A program made the translations under genes and the position numbers. Below, piece after piece: positions 1 through 9,913 of a DNA stretch of 64,000 nucleotides. The notes under the pieces were generated by a model. It was not told where the DNA came from and made no database searches. It saw nothing but the letters and a program-made list of their open reading frames with translations. How positions within the stretch are numbered: position 1 is the stretch's first letter; the number at the start of each line of letters is the position of its first letter. The stretch is from an uncultured virus (IMG/VR IMGVR_UViG_3300033150_001293) (taxonomy: Duplodnaviria; Heunggongvirae; Uroviricota; Caudoviricetes): IMG/VR virus record IMGVR_UViG_3300033150_001293. The stretch is one strand, 5' to 3'.

Positions 1-844
1 AGGACCTCCGCTTCGATCACCATTCTCCGCCTCACCGGATGATCCGTACTCGCATTCTCAAGTACGGCCAACACTGACTCAGGGGAGAGTCCTTCTGCGG
101 TCAGATCACTTCGCACCTTCCCCCCCCAAAGGGACAGTTTTTGTCCCCCATGAATTGTCGGCTTGTGGGCTTGTTTGAACACCGATCCCCATATCTAGGG
201 GGATACTTTCGCAAATCTCCGGCGTGACCCGCCAGTGAAAACAGCTCCCGCCAATGGCAGATCCGGCTTTCCAGTTCGGAGACAGGGCCTTGGCGGCACT
301 GGCGGGCTTTACGGGATGTCGCAAACCCGCCGCCGGAGTATGGTCTTGACTTGTCCTTGTGCATGCGGTATTCTGTCGGCACTGGCTTTCCAGAGAGTCT
401 AGTTTCGGAGTTTGGGTTATGTCGCGTCGCCACTTTCTCCCTACAAAAAGAGGCGAGTCACAAATCGGCGGGCCTTCAACTCGGCCCGAGAGTCTCGGCA
501 CCCCAAAGGGGTTCTTTCCGCGTCATCGCGGTTTCTTCCCAGGCAACGGGCACAGGTTGTGTGCATTTACCCCTACGCCCTGGTCCCAATGGCTTCGCAA
601 TAAGAATCCCGTATTAAAGGGTTGTGGCTCGCCACCGCAACGGCCGTGTCTCGAACCGCGTCCACGCCGACGGAGCAGCAGCGTGGGCTGACCCCGGAGC
701 TATCGACACGTCGCGTCAGGCCCCCCATGGGGCAAGCCTATAGGGAAGGGGTACACCGATACATTCTCGACTACGCATAGTTGGGCGGAAGCGAATGCTC
801 CGGAGCACGCTTCCCCCGTGATCCTTTTCTTCTGCTCTTGGTTA

Positions 845-881
845 TGGTACCATGCAATTATGCTGAAAAGTGTGTTGCGAG
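845..881 (+). ncRNA. solitary crRNA-like unit (TG-TACCAT -10 box plus repeat 3' half), antisense to the ASCH gene end
   Basis: TGGTACCATGCAATTATGCTGAAAAGTGTGTTGCGAG; 14/15 match to the repeat 3' 15-mer at 867-881. Confidence 0.65.
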
Positions 882-1313
882 CTCTAGGATCTTTTTCTCC
901 AGCCAGTTCGGCACATCCCAAAGCCCCAACGCTCCCTTGCATTGCACGGGCTGTTTCAACTTCCGCACTTTCCCCAATACCAAGCAAAGCGGGCCTTCGG
1001 TGTGTTCGTGTGCCAAGAACTCTTCGACCGTCGGGCCTTCGGGGGCAACCAAACGGTCGAGGGTTAACGAACAGTCATTCAGTCTCCGACGAACTACGTC
1101 GGGGCGTAAACAATTCAGCAACTCCGCCACCGCGACAATCGCTCCTGTCGGATATTCTCGCAGCTCATCGCGGCTCAGGTATTGCGTACCTTTACCCGCA
1201 TGGATTGCAAGCGGTCCACGGTAGGATGGCATGCGTTGCCAGCAGCGGTTCTCTACCCACTTCTCTGTGCCGATCATTGAGGCGTATGGTTGGGATATCG
1301 TGATGGCTTTCAT
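858..1313 (-). CDS. ASCH-domain protein
   Basis: MKAITISQPYASMI..KWVENR..YRGPLAIHAGK..KGALGLW is the ASCH signature; the C-terminus (LATHFSA) is encoded by a CRISPR half-repeat. Confidence 0.85.
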   Translation of the reverse strand: MKAITISQPYASMIGTEKWVENRCWQRMPSYRGPLAIHAGKGTQYLSRDELREYPTGAIVAVAELLNCLRPDVVRRRLNDCSLTLDRLVAPEGPTVEEFLAHEHTEGPLCLVLGKVRKLKQPVQCKGALGLWDVPNWLEKKILELATHFSA

Positions 1314-1681
1314 CCGCTCGGCTCCGGAACACGCTTCTCCCGTGATCTCTTCTCGCGAAGCAGCTTCTTCGCCGCGAGCACGTGCTCGCGGAACGCCTCC
1401 CGCCCCGCCCCGAACGTCGCGTCGTTCGCCACCGCCACCAGGGCCAACAGCACGTGCGACACGGCTTCCGACAGGCACTCCCCGTAGAGGTGCCCGTACA
1501 CGCGGTCGTTGGCGAGGTGCTCGTCCAACTCCTCGGCCGTCGCACGTATCTCCCTCGCCTCCGCGGCCCACGCCGCCTGCTGTTCCACGTCACGCCGGTC
1601 CACAAACTTGGACTCGGCCTTCCGCAGCCGGCGGAGTAGGGCTTTCAGCGCTCGCCGGGCCGTCCGCTCGTCAGGCGTCAT
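1310..1681 (-). CDS. hypothetical protein
   Basis: 123-aa ORF overlapping its neighbours in the minus-strand operon. Confidence 0.6.
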   Translation of the reverse strand: MTPDERTARRALKALLRRLRKAESKFVDRRDVEQQAAWAAEAREIRATAEELDEHLANDRVYGHLYGECLSEAVSHVLLALVAVANDATFGAGREAFREHVLAAKKLLREKRSREKRVPEPSG

Positions 1682-1892
1682 CTCGCTTCCCCCTGTGCGG
1701 ATCGTTGTGGCGGAGCCCCGGCCCGCCCTCGCTCCGCGCGATCGCCTTGTAGATCTCTAGGCGGTGGACCGGTATCTCCTTGGGGGCGTTAATCCCAAGC
1801 CTCACCATGCCGTCCTTGATCTCCATGACAGTAATCGTGATGTCGTCACCGATCACGATCTTCTCGTTCTTTTTCCTCGTGAGCATCAGCAT
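1671..1892 (-). CDS. csrA: carbon storage regulator CsrA/RsmA
   Basis: MLMLTRKKNEKIVIGDDITITVMEIKDGMVRLGINAPKEIPVHRLEIY; GGAGG RBS upstream. Confidence 0.95.
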   Translation of the reverse strand: MLMLTRKKNEKIVIGDDITITVMEIKDGMVRLGINAPKEIPVHRLEIYKAIARSEGGPGLRHNDPHRGKRDDA

Positions 1893-1924
1893 AGCCGTTA
1901 CCTCCATGTTCAGAATCAGTACCC

Positions 1925-2401
1925 CTATTGTACCATTTTCCCGCAGGTTTTCCAAGCCGGCTCGCCTATCCGTCGCATGTAGCGGCGATGCCCCTCCCAG
2001 TCGACCGCCAGGTCCGGCAGAAATCGGCGACGGAGGATAGCCGAGCGCACCCAGTCCGTGTGGACCGCATCCGTTGCCCACTTGCGGAACAGCAGGAGCC
2101 CCACGTTCGCCTCGCTCTGCGGCCCGTACCGCTCGTGGCACTCCCGGCAGCACATAATTACAGCGCAGAGTTCGTCGCTTTTTCCGTGCCGGCCGGCGAA
2201 CATGTGGTGTATTTCCAGGATCGCCCCCCTCCGGCCCAAGGCGCCGCACACCTGGCACCACTGCCAGTCATAGTACATCCGCCGACCGAAGTCCCGATCT
2301 CGCACCCGGTTGGCTGGGGGAAAATTCCGGGCCAGATTCGGCAGCAGCTCTCGGTACCGGGCGAAAGGCACGCCCCGGCCGTCGACGAAGGCGTCCACCA
2401 T
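1925..2401 (-). CDS. HNH-like endonuclease
   Basis: CQVCG..LEIHH....CRECH motif. Confidence 0.7.
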   Translation of the reverse strand: MVDAFVDGRGVPFARYRELLPNLARNFPPANRVRDRDFGRRMYYDWQWCQVCGALGRRGAILEIHHMFAGRHGKSDELCAVIMCCRECHERYGPQSEANVGLLLFRKWATDAVHTDWVRSAILRRRFLPDLAVDWEGHRRYMRRIGEPAWKTCGKMVQ

Positions 2402-2415
2402 TTGTGGTCGGTCCC

Positions 2416-2712
2416 TTAGCTTTCAATCCACTTGCCGCACACTGGACACTCGCTCGGATTTTCACGTCCCGCCAGGACGAGCTGTCGCAATGCCCTGCAT
2501 CCCACACATTCCTCGACAGATTTCTTGACAGATTTTGACTTCGCCGATTGTTGTCGAATGCTCCGCCTGCCCGCTAGATACTCCTCGATGCTAGTATGGC
2601 TCCAACCGGTCTCGTGTGCAATTTGGCGCATTGTGAGACCGGCAGCCCGAAGTCGGCGGAATTCAAGAATATCCGCTTGGGTAATTTTGGTTTGGCCGGG
2701 TTGCCTGGGCAT
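2416..2712 (-). CDS. HTH plus Zn-ribbon protein
   Basis: GLTMRQIAHETGWSHTSI HTH; CVGC...CPVC. Confidence 0.7.
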   Translation of the reverse strand: MPRQPGQTKITQADILEFRRLRAAGLTMRQIAHETGWSHTSIEEYLAGRRSIRQQSAKSKSVKKSVEECVGCRALRQLVLAGRENPSECPVCGKWIES

Positions 2713-2733
2713 CCGCCTATCCTCCGCTACTAT

Positions 2734-4152
2734 CTACCACTTGGCGAACTGCTCCGCGATCTCTTCACAGGTGTCCGGGATCGCAACCATCTCGGCAGCA
2801 TCGCAGTAGGACGAAGGCCCCATCTTGTTGGCCACCGCGTCCATGTACATGCTGAATTTGCCCTCTAGCGTCGTAATACACACGTCGGGGACTACCTTTG
2901 CGAGCTGAACGGAAAACTCCTGCGCCACCACCGTGTCGATCGACACGTGTTGCAGATCGGCCTTGCGAACCCAGTCCATCCAGTCGGAATAGTCCCGGGG
3001 TTCTTTGCCCTGCGCCCGCCCCTCCGGTTTCCATCCCAGTAGCACCACGTCTAGCCCCATGCGCTCGGCATCGCGTATGCAGTATTCCGCGTACGGCGAC
3101 CCCAGAACGACATGGACCGCAAGTTTTCCCTTGGGCAGCTTCGCGTGGCAGCCTGCCTCCGCAAACTTGCAGATCTCCCAATTGCTCAGCGGCGAGAACG
3201 CCACTCTTCCGGGATGCTCCCGCAACCATAGGACTATCGGGTCTTCGGCAGTCATCCAATCCAGCGAACCTGTAGAAAAGTTGGCGACGATGCCTTGGTG
3301 GGCCGCGGACTCCAAAATGCTCACGAAATGGGGATGCAGCGTCGGTTCGCCCCCACCAATGGCAATCTCGAAGACGTGCATTTCCCCTAATCGCCGTAGC
3401 AACTGGAAAATGTTGTCAAAGTTCGCGTGCTGCCCTTCAGCCGTTGATCCCTGATAGCAGTACGGACAGCCTCGCTCGCAACGGTCCGTGATTTTCAGGT
3501 CCACCAGTTCAGGCCACGTTGCCTTCTCGTAGATGGGATAATTATCGTGTTGCGCATCCGGATACGGCACGAGGTTGATGCGAATCTTGGTCCCGGTCTT
3601 CCGATTAAACAGCACCCACCAGTCGCCATCCTTTCTCGCAACAAGACTACCCCACTGCTCCGCGAGATTGTTAAGCCCGGGCGGATCAGCACAAGATCCC
3701 ATGTCCAACAGCGGGCAGTATTCATCGACATTATCGTCGCCGCCGCATATCACGATACCGGATGTCAGGATATACTTCTCCAGATCCCGAACAAACTCGA
3801 TATTCAGCCCGCGCCCATCCCAGTTGTTCGGCAATGCCCAAGACGATTGGTGATCGACATAGGCGTTAAGGTGTCCGTGCTTGTCCAGCGGAGGCATCTT
3901 GACGCCGAACAACGATTCCACGACGCACTTCGCAGCGAACTTATCCCCAAGTATTCCCTTACACGTCATGTAGACCATTGCGGCGAGATATTTCGCCTTG
4001 GCCTCCGTTGTCGCGCAGACGAAGATGTCTCGCCCGAACGCGTATCTTCCGTCTTCGGGAGCCACGTCTTTGGTGTATCCCGGCAGCCATATTAGCGAAT
4101 GTGTGCTGCTGCTATTGGTCGCCAGGCCGACCCGAATGTTGGAAATTTGCAC
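2734..4152 (-). CDS. radical SAM protein
   Basis: CERGCPYC (CxxxCxxC) and GGGEPTLHP; N-terminal TNSSSTHS motif; GTG start at 4152 behind GGAG. Confidence 0.9.
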   Translation of the reverse strand: MQISNIRVGLATNSSSTHSLIWLPGYTKDVAPEDGRYAFGRDIFVCATTEAKAKYLAAMVYMTCKGILGDKFAAKCVVESLFGVKMPPLDKHGHLNAYVDHQSSWALPNNWDGRGLNIEFVRDLEKYILTSGIVICGGDDNVDEYCPLLDMGSCADPPGLNNLAEQWGSLVARKDGDWWVLFNRKTGTKIRINLVPYPDAQHDNYPIYEKATWPELVDLKITDRCERGCPYCYQGSTAEGQHANFDNIFQLLRRLGEMHVFEIAIGGGEPTLHPHFVSILESAAHQGIVANFSTGSLDWMTAEDPIVLWLREHPGRVAFSPLSNWEICKFAEAGCHAKLPKGKLAVHVVLGSPYAEYCIRDAERMGLDVVLLGWKPEGRAQGKEPRDYSDWMDWVRKADLQHVSIDTVVAQEFSVQLAKVVPDVCITTLEGKFSMYMDAVANKMGPSSYCDAAEMVAIPDTCEEIAEQFAKW

Positions 4153-4169
4153 AACACTCTCCTTTCCCC

Positions 4170-4226
4170 TTGCTACGTCCACCGAGGAATAGTACAATGC
4201 ATTCGTGCTAAGAAGTGTGTTGCGAG
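4170..4226 (+). ncRNA. promoter plus half-repeat unit (solitary crRNA-like gene)
   Basis: TTGCTA(4170)-17 bp-TACAAT(4193), then GAAGTGTGTTGCGAG at 4212-4226; reads antisense into ORF 4208-4495. Confidence 0.75.
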
Positions 4227-4495
4227 TATTTGGCGATAGCCCGCCAATCCCGACGACTCATCAGCCGGCAGGCAATAACCGGTGAGTGCCTTCGGTCCTC
4301 CGGCTGGCGATACAGCCGCAGCCGGGCCGTTCGGCCGCCGACGTGCACGGTCAGGTCGACGTACCAGCCGTGCTCGTCCACTCGCGTTACCATTCCCTCG
4401 ATCTGCGGGCCGCCGACCTCCTCGGCCACCGTCGCCCGGATCGTGTCGCCAGGCCGCAGGTCTACGTCGTATTGCTGATCAGTCAGCGTTAGCAC
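4208..4495 (-). CDS. hypothetical protein
   Basis: ORF in the operon; ends in repeat-encoded SQHTS. Confidence 0.55.
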   Translation of the reverse strand: MLTLTDQQYDVDLRPGDTIRATVAEEVGGPQIEGMVTRVDEHGWYVDLTVHVGGRTARLRLYRQPEDRRHSPVIACRLMSRRDWRAIAKYSQHTS

Positions 4496-4748
4496 GGCTC
4501 ACCTCCAGATCCTCGGCCTGCTCGATGGCCGTCTTGAGTGATTGCCCTAAAGACCGAGCTTGCTCAAGCGTTAGAAAATGGGATACGCCTACGTCTTCGC
4601 CCGGCGCTTCCCTAATGACTACGCCTAGTACCAGTGCTTCCCGTGTCACGTCCGCCCTAAGCCGCAGCCCATGCGTCCTGATTCTGGGCCTATTGCACCC
4701 ACTTGTGGCGCCAACCTGAAATTCCCATTTTGTCGATTCGCCCATCAT
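4479..4748 (-). CDS. hypothetical protein
   Basis: overlapping operon ORF. Confidence 0.55.
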   Translation of the reverse strand: MMGESTKWEFQVGATSGCNRPRIRTHGLRLRADVTREALVLGVVIREAPGEDVGVSHFLTLEQARSLGQSLKTAIEQAEDLEVSRANAD

Positions 4749-5110
4749 CCGCTCCTGTCAATCGCGGCCACCGGGTCGACCTCTGCCGGGAAATCAACCG
4801 GGACAGCCTGGTGTAGTTTCTCGGCCAAAGCATTGAGAGCGTCGATCGTTAAGTCTTCGCCGAACAACTCGCGAAACCGGGTCCGCACGGCGTCGCCGAC
4901 GAACAGCCTGTCGAGCTGGTGGTGCAGCATCCGGGTCACGTCCGGCGGGCAGAACAGCTCGACCCTTTGCTCGTCTGCTGCCTGGATACTGATGGCGACG
5001 AAGTCCATCCCGCTCGGCCTGTTGCGGCAGTCGATCACGTCGGTGCCGCTCACGTCGTGCACGTTGATCTTGTCCAGTCGCCCGTCGTTGTAATGCATCT
5101 CGATACTCAT
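4745..5110 (-). CDS. hypothetical protein
   Basis: MSIEMHY start coupled to the upstream stop. Confidence 0.55.
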   Translation of the reverse strand: MSIEMHYNDGRLDKINVHDVSGTDVIDCRNRPSGMDFVAISIQAADEQRVELFCPPDVTRMLHHQLDRLFVGDAVRTRFRELFGEDLTIDALNALAEKLHQAVPVDFPAEVDPVAAIDRSG

Positions 5111-5400
5111 GCGTTCGCTCCCATTGCTTCGGCCACGGTCCGCCGCCCTATCGCCCGGGGGACGCCGCCGCCTTCGCCTCGTAGATAGTCCCGCAGCCGC
5201 CCCGCGCAACATCCGGAGCAGACTGCCCACCATTCGCCCCCCTCCCGGAAGTGCTGCCGAAAATACCCCAGCGGCCGGCCGCAGCAGTCGCACGACTTGC
5301 GGCCGTCGAGATCGTGCCGCCGCCTCCGCTCCTGGTGCTCGGCCTCGATCACGTCTAGCAGCACCGACGGTGCCGCAATGCGGTGTTCTGGTCGCGTCAT
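5107..5400 (-). CDS. small Zn-finger-like protein
   Basis: CDCCG...CSGCC; first gene after the promoter/half-repeat at 5435-5485. Confidence 0.55.
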   Translation of the reverse strand: MTRPEHRIAAPSVLLDVIEAEHQERRRRHDLDGRKSCDCCGRPLGYFRQHFREGGEWWAVCSGCCAGRLRDYLRGEGGGVPRAIGRRTVAEAMGANA

Positions 5401-5434
5401 GTCCTCGCCCTCCATTTTCGTGGTTTCGCACTCA

Positions 5435-5485
5435 CTCGCAACACATTCCTAAGCCATACGATACCAGATAGACATCGTATGTCAA
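5435..5485 (-). promoter_or_regulatory. TTGACA promoter with a half-repeat in the 5' UTR
   Basis: minus strand TTGACA-16 bp-TATCGT, then GGAATGTGTTGCGAG (5435-5449). Confidence 0.65.
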
Positions 5486-5557
5486 TAGTCTATCGGGTAT
5501 TTTGCCAAAATAAATTCGGCAATCGCCGTAAGTTGTTGTCGGAGTTGAGGTTAGGAG

Positions 5558-5722
5558 TCACGACATACGCTTGCCCAGGGCCTGGATGACCAGAAAATCG
5601 GACACGCTCCGGCTCGTGGCCCGGGCACGCTGGCTCAGCTCCCTCCGCTCGCGGGCCGTGACCCGGATTAGAATCGCCTTGTTTCGCCGCTCCGCCGGCG
5701 ACTTCCGCCTATTGTCCGCCAT
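5558..5722 (-). CDS. ribbon-helix-helix (MobC/CopG-like) DNA-binding protein
   Basis: AILIRVTARERRELSQRARATSRSVSDFL. Confidence 0.7.
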   Translation of the reverse strand: MADNRRKSPAERRNKAILIRVTARERRELSQRARATSRSVSDFLVIQALGKRMS

Positions 5723-5733
5723 GTCGCCACCTC

Positions 5734-5790
5734 TTGCTACGTCTACCGGAGAATGGTGCAATACAATTATACTGAGAAGTATGTTGCGAG
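5734..5790 (+). ncRNA. promoter plus half-repeat unit
   Basis: TTGCTA-17 bp-TGCAAT, then GAAGTATGTTGCGAG at 5776-5790; near-copy of 4170-4226. Confidence 0.7.
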
Positions 5791-5818
5791 CGAGCGCTCC
5801 GCCGCGACGAACAGCCCC

Positions 5819-6394
5819 TCACCACTCCAGCGTCGGCTCGCCCCCGCCGATACCGATGGAGGTGGTCGTGTCGACGTACTCGGCAGACGCAGGCTGGTCG
5901 GCCGTCTGCGAGTTGTACGCGCCGAGCAACCACGGGATAGCGGTTCCGAGCCCGCCGCCGGCTAGCAGACCAGCCGCAACGTACGGTAGAGCTTTGGCTA
6001 CGAGGCCCTTTTCGGGGCTTGCTGTAGCGGGCTGCCCAGGTTGACCCGCGGGACCAGCCGGCTCGTGTATATGCACGTCGCGCGCAGCCATGATTCGCAT
6101 CGGGTTATCTTCCTCCGGCGGCCCAGATCCCCCGTCCTTTTTCCCGTAGAACAGATCTCGATGCAACGCCTTGGACTGCTCTCGCACCATTCGGTTTTCT
6201 TCCTCCATGCCGCCGACGATTGCGTCGAGTCCAACCATGCGAGTCAACCTTGCGAGTCCCGCTTTGCTCTCAAGTGCTTCAGTCACCGCCGCTTTCGCCG
6301 CCTCCAAGGGATTCGGCGAACTCGTCGACGAGTCGGTCGTAGTTGGTGAAGTCACCGCTAGTTGCTCCCGCGACAAAGGCTTTTCGGATGGCAT
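5819..6394 (-). CDS. hypothetical membrane protein
   Basis: hydrophobic C-terminal segment (ALPYVAAGLLAGGGLGTAIPWLLG). Confidence 0.55.
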   Translation of the reverse strand: MPSEKPLSREQLAVTSPTTTDSSTSSPNPLEAAKAAVTEALESKAGLARLTRMVGLDAIVGGMEEENRMVREQSKALHRDLFYGKKDGGSGPPEEDNPMRIMAARDVHIHEPAGPAGQPGQPATASPEKGLVAKALPYVAAGLLAGGGLGTAIPWLLGAYNSQTADQPASAEYVDTTTSIGIGGGEPTLEW

Positions 6395-6629
6395 CGGCTC
6401 GGTCCGCGATCCGCTTCCGCCGAAGCGCGCTGTCCTCCACGGTTTCTGATTCTCGCAGATAATCGACCAACTCCCCCATGATGGAAAGCATGTTGGCCGT
6501 TACCTTCGCGATCACCGCAGCCGCTTGGGCCTTGCGGTCGGTCGCAAACTCCGCCGCAGAAAACAACTTTTCGGCCGTAGCGTTGTTCTCCGCGGCGCGT
6601 TTGCGGAAATCGTCTCCCAAGCCGCTCAT
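6279..6629 (-). CDS. hypothetical protein
   Basis: 116-aa helical ORF. Confidence 0.5.
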   Translation of the reverse strand: MSGLGDDFRKRAAENNATAEKLFSAAEFATDRKAQAAAVIAKVTANMLSIMGELVDYLRESETVEDSALRRKRIADRADAIRKAFVAGATSGDFTNYDRLVDEFAESLGGGESGGD

Positions 6630-6638
6630 GTTGACCCC

Positions 6639-6830
6639 TTACGGCAAGAGGAGCACTTTGTCGATGGCCCGAGCCTCGGCCGGTCCAGGTTCATCGGCAA
6701 CTTTGATGGCCACCGCACGGAGGGTCCGGTTCGCATGGCCGATGCCGGCCCGAACCGAATTGATGTGCTTCTGATGGCTCAAGTGGGCCGACGTCTTGAT
6801 GAGTGTTTTGACGTTCTCAGGAAGTGCCAT
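6639..6830 (-). CDS. hypothetical protein
   Basis: 63-aa ORF with AGGAG RBS. Confidence 0.55.
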   Translation of the reverse strand: MALPENVKTLIKTSAHLSHQKHINSVRAGIGHANRTLRAVAIKVADEPGPAEARAIDKVLLLP

Positions 6831-6900
6831 AGTCTGTACGCTCCTATTTCAGCGAAGAAGAACTTGGTACGTTCACACGAAAGGCATGGTCGCTAGGCGA

Positions 6901-7194
6901 TCACGGCTTCTTTTTCATAATCACCTCGGCCGCCGCCGCTTCGATGGGGCCAACTTCATCGAACTTGCGCCCAGAGGCAAAGTCAACAATCTGGCCCATC
7001 GTCTCTTCGTTGGCCGCCTGGTCTTCGACAAAAGCCGTGTGCCCCTTGGCCATGTCTTCAATAATGACCTGGAGGCAATCGCCATCAATGTCGCCACTGG
7101 CGTGTTCTTCCAAAACTGTACTCACTGCGTCATCTCCTTGCCCGTCGCCGGGCGTTACGGTGTTGATGGTCGCGGGTGCCACGTCGCACCTCAC
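6901..7194 (-). CDS. hypothetical acidic protein
   Basis: ORF in the operon. Confidence 0.5.
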   Translation of the reverse strand: MRCDVAPATINTVTPGDGQGDDAVSTVLEEHASGDIDGDCLQVIIEDMAKGHTAFVEDQAANEETMGQIVDFASGRKFDEVGPIEAAAAEVIMKKKP

Positions 7195-8534
7195 TTCAAT
7201 GCTTCGGGTTTTACAAGATCACGAACCGCTTTCGTGATTGACTCTTCGTATATCGTGAGCACGTCGGCAAGATGAACCTGCTCGATCGCGGTAATAGGAC
7301 CGTCCTTCTGGTCTCGATGTTGGACTTCGATCCCCGGCAAGCGAACATCGGAGCCGGGTTTCAGTTCAGCCTTCCAGTATTCATAGCCGCCCTTCTCGGG
7401 GCGTTCCGCAGAACGCAGAGTAATCGGCGGTATCCTCGCAATCACCTGTGTGGTTAGCTTGTCAAGATCAATCGTGGGGGCCGCGCTGATCGCTCCACCC
7501 GGCAGTCCTTGCGGCCCCGGAGGGCCTCGCTCGCCCGGCGCCCCCGGCAAGCCCATCGGCCCACGCTCGCCAGGCGGTCCTTGCGGCCCCCGGGGTCCCG
7601 GCTCGCCTTTCCCAGCAGTGCTTTCGACAGCGGCAAGTCGCTTTGCAAGGCTGTCGATCTGCGCCGCCAGTGCATGTTGGGCCTCCAAAAAATCCTTCAA
7701 CTGGGACGCCGACGGAGACGGAAGTGTCGTCGAGGGCGGAGGCTGCGAAGGCGGCACTTCCTCGGTATGGTAGCCGCCACCTTGGGGTTGCGGCACAGGA
7801 GTAGGCGTTGTCGGCCGGCGCCGAATCGTCCCGTAATTCGGCGCCGGCCGACAGATATAGCCTGGAGGGCAAGTGTAGTTCGGACTCGCCCCAGGATAGG
7901 GACGGATCTGTCGTGATCCGCTCCCGCAGCGGCGAAGGAGATTGCGTAGCCGTTCGCCAAACGTGCCGACGAAAGTTCGGCCGTCCGTGCCCCAAAACAC
8001 GGCTACCAATTCGCCCCGCTCGTTGAAAATCGGCCCGCCTGAATCGCCGTTGCGAAGCGATCCACGGACTTCGATCATTTCGCTGGTCGTAGTGCCGGTC
8101 GTGTTGACCCGCCCAATCATCGTACCCCGACACTCACGATAAGTGGAATCTGGGCCCCAGCCCGCTCCGATAAGCGTATCGCCAGGTTGTGGCGGCGTGT
8201 CGGCCAACTTCACCGTCGCGATCTTCGGCAAAAAGGCGCATTGCAGAACAGCCAGATCCCACACTAGATCACGGCCAACCAGTTGGAGACCGCGCATGGA
8301 GCCCGTTGTCCACCGTGCCTGGATCTCTACGACCCCATCGTTGAACAGGTGGGAGGCCGTCAACACGAGCCCGTCGCCAACATAGGTGCCCGAACCGTAG
8401 CTATTCGTCCCGTTGCCGTGCACTACGCCAATCCGGCAGACGGAGGGATGAGGAGTTGCGCCATGCGCTGCCGCGGCCAGAATCGCCAGCACGGCGAGCA
8501 CGTAGACGATGAGTTCTGCGGCCCAGGATTTCAT
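7191..8534 (-). CDS. secreted trypsin-like serine protease with a collagen-like GXY tract
   Basis: signal peptide; LTASH, DLAVL, GDSGGP triad motifs; [19 protein letters not shown]... Confidence 0.9.
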   Translation of the reverse strand: MKSWAAELIVYVLAVLAILAAAAHGATPHPSVCRIGVVHGNGTNSYGSGTYVGDGLVLTASHLFNDGVVEIQARWTTGSMRGLQLVGRDLVWDLAVLQCAFLPKIATVKLADTPPQPGDTLIGAGWGPDSTYRECRGTMIGRVNTTGTTTSEMIEVRGSLRNGDSGGPIFNERGELVAVFWGTDGRTFVGTFGERLRNLLRRCGSGSRQIRPYPGASPNYTCPPGYICRPAPNYGTIRRRPTTPTPVPQPQGGGYHTEEVPPSQPPPSTTLPSPSASQLKDFLEAQHALAAQIDSLAKRLAAVESTAGKGEPGPRGPQGPPGERGPMGLPGAPGERGPPGPQGLPGGAISAAPTIDLDKLTTQVIARIPPITLRSAERPEKGGYEYWKAELKPGSDVRLPGIEVQHRDQKDGPITAIEQVHLADVLTIYEESITKAVRDLVKPEALK

Positions 8535-8938
8535 CGGTCAATCCTCTCCACGTACAACGGCATCCCCAGTTTCGCGCACACCGCCTGGCATCGCCAGACG
8601 AACCGTTCTTCGCCATCTTCGACAAGCAGTAATACGGCCGGCTGCTTCCGCAGCACCAACCCGTAGTATTGGCCTTGGCCGATTGCTTCTGCCCACTTCT
8701 TAGCACGATCTACTTCAATCGCCTCCGTCTCGGTCACGAGGTCGCACCGCGAGCGATCCCACAACATTACTTCCGTTTCGGCTCCGTACTTGTCGGCCAG
8801 CCGTTCGCACCAGTCGTGTTCGGACAGCTTTACGTCGGTGCTGGATCTTGCACTCGTGGGGCGTCCGGCGATGATCGCCAAAATGACGGCCAACCCAAAC
8901 AGACTCATCACGATGGCTTCTGTTGTTGACAGCTTCAT
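8531..8938 (-). CDS. membrane-anchored PD-(D/E)XK-like protein
   Basis: N-terminal [27 protein letters not shown]. Confidence 0.55.
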   Translation of the reverse strand: MKLSTTEAIVMSLFGLAVILAIIAGRPTSARSSTDVKLSEHDWCERLADKYGAETEVMLWDRSRCDLVTETEAIEVDRAKKWAEAIGQGQYYGLVLRKQPAVLLLVEDGEERFVWRCQAVCAKLGMPLYVERIDR

Positions 8939-8953
8939 CGCCTTGGCCTTTCG

Positions 8954-9913
8954 CTATTCCAAACGAAATCTGAACAGTTTTCCGTTTAGGTAGCGTGGTG
9001 TATATCCTCTCGCTTCCGTCTCCGCTGGCGTAGGCGATTTCCTTTTTCCCGCCGACGCAAACCCCGCCGGATTCAATTCGAGGGGAATCTTCTCAACGAC
9101 TTCCTTTGTCGGTCGCGGTAGTTTCGGATCGAAAAGCCACTCGACTCCGATTTCCTTTGCCCAGATACGAACGCTCCGCACAGGAACAACCCAATGAAAC
9201 GAGTCGCCACCACCACGAAGACCAAGGGTAATCATCCCTACCCATCGCCCGTCGCTACGCAAAGCGACAAGGCCGCCGGACGATCCGGGCAACCCTGCAC
9301 AATCCGTCTGATCGAATATGCCATGTTGCGAGCCGCCGAAATCAGGAATGCGAACACCGAGACGACTCAGAATCCCCGAAGTGAGTGAACAAGTCCCGCC
9401 AATTTCTTTTCCGCCAGGCGCGCCAGCGTGATAAAGCGGCGTCCCCGGCGCCGGAATCGTTTCGTCCAAGTACATCTCGCCGCCGACTTTCGTAAAGTCA
9501 CCCTTGCGAACGCGCAATAGGGCGATGTCCCTCGCAGGATCAACGTTCACGACCTTTGCATCGTATTTGATTTCCCCCACGCCACGGCCGTTCTCAACCT
9601 GTTCCTGGACTATCTGGGCGTCCCGGTAGCGGATCTGCTTACGCTCTTCGCCATCCGAACCAATGACGGTTTTGATTTCCCGCAACTTCTCGACCACATG
9701 ATGAGCCGTGAGTATCCAAACTGTTGGCGTCTTCTCGATCTCGCTCAAGAAAATCGTGCCCGAACCTTGCCCATCATTCGGACAGACGACATTGACCGAG
9801 ATAGACTGCAAATATGGTCCGACTTCTTCGGGCTTGCGTTGACCCTTGGCGGGAATCGCCAGCACGACGAACATACAGACGGCGAGTTCAGCAGACTTTA
9901 GCCAGATTGCCAT
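8954..9913 (-). CDS. trypsin-like serine protease
   Basis: GSGT, LTAHHV, DIALL, PGSSGG; signal-like N-terminus. Confidence 0.85.
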   Translation of the reverse strand: MAIWLKSAELAVCMFVVLAIPAKGQRKPEEVGPYLQSISVNVVCPNDGQGSGTIFLSEIEKTPTVWILTAHHVVEKLREIKTVIGSDGEERKQIRYRDAQIVQEQVENGRGVGEIKYDAKVVNVDPARDIALLRVRKGDFTKVGGEMYLDETIPAPGTPLYHAGAPGGKEIGGTCSLTSGILSRLGVRIPDFGGSQHGIFDQTDCAGLPGSSGGLVALRSDGRWVGMITLGLRGGGDSFHWVVPVRSVRIWAKEIGVEWLFDPKLPRPTKEVVEKIPLELNPAGFASAGKRKSPTPAETEARGYTPRYLNGKLFRFRLE

